A DNA stretch of 37,420 nt from NCBI RefSeq assembly GCF_001194135.2, contig NC_069003.1, forward strand, positions 29,276,012 through 29,313,431. Reading direction: 5' to 3'. The notes beneath the pieces were generated by a model. The model saw only the letters and a program-made list of their open reading frames with translations, made no database searches and was not told the origin of the DNA. The stretch's first letter is position 1; the number at the start of each line of letters is the position of its first letter. The position numbers and the translations under genes were made by a program. Positions 35,111 to 37,420 of this stretch are shown here, one piece after another. The stretch is from Octopus bimaculoides (taxonomy: Eukaryota).

Positions 35111-35939
35111 GACAGGCATATAGATATTTGCATGTATGAATGTGTGTGTTGGCGGTGGTAAAACCTTTATGCAAAGAATACATTAAATGCACGGCAGGTT
35201 TATGAAACTAAAGTAGAATAATGTTTTCCATACAATGTATGCATGAAAATATCTTAACCAACAATGAAAAAAAAATACCAATCGGTGTTTTCAAACAAAA
35301 AGTCACATGTCCTCTTTGCCCTACTCCGGCAAAACAGGGATACCTTTGTTATTCTAACCTTAGTAAATTTAGGGAAGCAATGATCACCTCCGTTTTTTAG
35401 AAGCCGGTAAGCCATGATCATCTTGCTCAGATATGCGATATCTAAAATTATATATTCGTTACAGAGAAAAACAACTAGTTTTAAATCTCTAACCGAGAAA
35501 TATGTAGTAGCAGTACTAAACATTTAAGTCTATTTCCCAGCACAATGTGTCCGATATGTAGACCAAATGCTAATTAATATAGAAATACAATTCTTCGCAG
35601 CAGGTGCATCAGATACAATAGCTATCAAAAAAATAACAACAGAGCAATTGCATATATATACACTACAAAACCCACATATACATTTGATATAGATTGAATT
35701 AGAGAAAAACAAAACATTCATAACATGGAATACAACATGTATCTCAGTTTACGTCAAACTAACCACTATTAGAATACGTTACAAATGGCATCGAAATTAA
35801 TAAACATAAAAGCCAGAGAACGTAGTTTAGACAACCAATATATTATATTACTGTCGAACTAAAGTTGTTTTGTTTTGCTGCAATATTGCATTATAGACAT
35901 TATCTATATATTCTAAACAGAACTATAGATACTGTCAAG

Positions 35940-36105
35940 CCAGTGTGGTTAAGAAGCTAGTTTTCGACCATGTAGTACCGGGGTACGTTCCAATGCGTAG
36001 CGCGTTGAGAAACTGTTATCTTCCACTGAAGCTTCTAGCCGAATAGAGACTTGTCAGTCAGTGAATTAGGTGAAGGGAAGTTGTCTGGGCGACTGTCGTA
36101 TACAC
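35940..36105 (+). mobile_element. SINE-B head, very old, followed by (CA)n
   Basis: gtgtggttaagaagctagttttcgaccatgtagtaccggggtacgttccaatgcgtagcgcgttgagaaa...agccgaatagagacttgtc...ctgtcgtata. Confidence 0.6.
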
Positions 36106-36264
36106 AAACAGTCACACACACACACAGTTGGGTGAATGTTTCGAGAATGCTCCATGTGATGGATCTAAACGCGCTCGTAGGCTGGATTAGTTAAAGAGTG
36201 GAAGGGGTCTTTGCTGGGATTCCCTTGGCAATGGAGGTAACCAGAATGGGTAAAGTTCATTGAT

Positions 36265-36366
36265 GCTCTTGGTTCAATGAAATGAGTACTACTTCAGTGC
36301 TGGGATTGATATAAACGACTGGTCCCTTCCACCAAATTTCATACTTTGTTGTTATAGTAGAAAAAA

Positions 36367-36441
<75 letters not shown>

Positions 36442-36490
36442 TTTTTATTATTATTATTATTTTTATTATTATTATTATTATTATTATTGT
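36265..36490 (+). mobile_element. 3' part of an old SINE-A (to ~36366) with (ATT)n tail (36367-36490)
   Basis: gagtac...gtgctgggattgatataaacgactggtcccttccaccaaatttc...tagtagaaaaaa-attattatt. Confidence 0.72.
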
Positions 36491-36666
36491 TCAGTANNNN
36501 NNNNNNNNNNNNNNNNNNNNNNNNNNNNNNNNNNNNNNNNNNNNNNNNNNNNNNNNNNNNNNNNNNNNNNNNNNNNNNNNNNNNNNNNNNNNNNNNNNNN
36601 NNNNNNNNNNNNNNNNNNNNNNNNNNNNNNNNNNNNNNNNNNNNNNNNNNNNNNNNNNNNNNNNNN

Positions 36667-36836
36667 TTATAACGTGCTTTCACTTCACTACCGAGCGCAG
36701 CTCTGTGCGCTTTGGGCATGTGCTGTGGTTTGCTGTGGTGCTCTTATGTTTACTGTATTGAAAGTATTTTGCGTAGAATGTGTGCAGTACCCAGTAGTGC
36801 AATTTTCTGTATGTTATATATATTTGTAAGTCCTGA

Positions 36837-36839
<3 letters not shown>
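36667..36839 (-). mobile_element. 5'-truncated R4/Dong-clade element between TAA repeats
   Basis: 36839-36750 reads QSGLTNIYNIQKIALLGTAHILRKILSIQ* with no interruptions; 3' UTR runs to 36667; (TAA)n lies on both sides. Confidence 0.88.

Positions 36840-36916
<77 letters not shown>
36840..36916. repeat. (TAT)n microsatellite
   Basis: Read directly. Confidence 0.98.
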
Positions 36917-37160
36917 GCCCCGAGATCGTCTTTGCTTTTCCTCCTTTCAGTGTCGATAAAATCGCTTTCATGCTGGGGGTCGACCAAATCGACAAGTCCG
37001 CCCCCACCCAAATTTGAACCCTTGTTGCTTTAGTCAAAAGAATGCACAGCGGCATTTATACCTTCTTCATTTTCTGAGTTCAAATTCCGCTGAGTTCGAT
37101 TTTGCCAATCATCCTTCCGAGGTTAATTAAATAGGCACCTGTTGAGTACGAAGGTCGATT
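36917..37160 (+). mobile_element. Two consecutive partial SINE-A copies (36917-37043 and ~37044-37160)
   Basis: cgagatcgtctttgcttttcctcctttc...gggggtcgaccaaatcgac...cccaaattt, then gcggcattt...ctgagttcaaattccgctgagttcgattttgcc. Confidence 0.8.
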
Positions 37161-37383
37161 TTCACAACAAAACAACGCCACAGAAATTACTGGCCATCTG
37201 TAAAAATTTGAAATAGTAATAATTATTATTGATAATTAATATCAATTACAATAACAACAGCAATACAGTATAATAATGTGTATCCATGCGTACGTAGACA
37301 CAGACACAGACACACACACACAAACACACACAAACACGTATATATAGATACATATATATATATATGTACATACATATATGTAC

Positions 37384-37420
<37 letters not shown>

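Noticed and set aside
186-37017. Long ORFs in the supplied track (poly-X, YIYI, HTHT, CVCV, poly-N/I/L/Y)
   Set aside because: They are read-through of N-gaps and microsatellites and show no protein signal, apart from the transposon fragments listed.

Overview
AT-rich eukaryotic DNA dense in microsatellites and repeats, with 12 assembly gaps, most of them next to (TA)n/(CA)n tracts. The SINE families and repeat load suggest a coleoid cephalopod such as Octopus; this is an inference from recalled repeat sequences, not a database search. I found no host gene I can support, and almost all ORF-track entries are N-run or microsatellite artefacts. The window is a layered transposon graveyard. It holds two tRNA-derived SINE families (called SINE-A and SINE-B here), six relics of R4/Dong-clade (restriction-like endonuclease) non-LTR retrotransposons, an RTE-clade RT relic with a YADD motif, a Tc1/mariner relic, a Penelope-like fragment with a minimal hammerhead ribozyme core, a TIR element and a 130-bp palindrome. 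The most coherent pattern is that (ATT/TAA)n tracts act as insertion hubs. SINE-A ends in ATT, its target-site duplications begin with ATT, copies stack in each other's tails, and an R4/Dong-like element sits in such a tail in the opposite orientation. A trimeric SINE-A lies inside a single target-site duplication. I cannot establish from sequence alone that any of this is undescribed.
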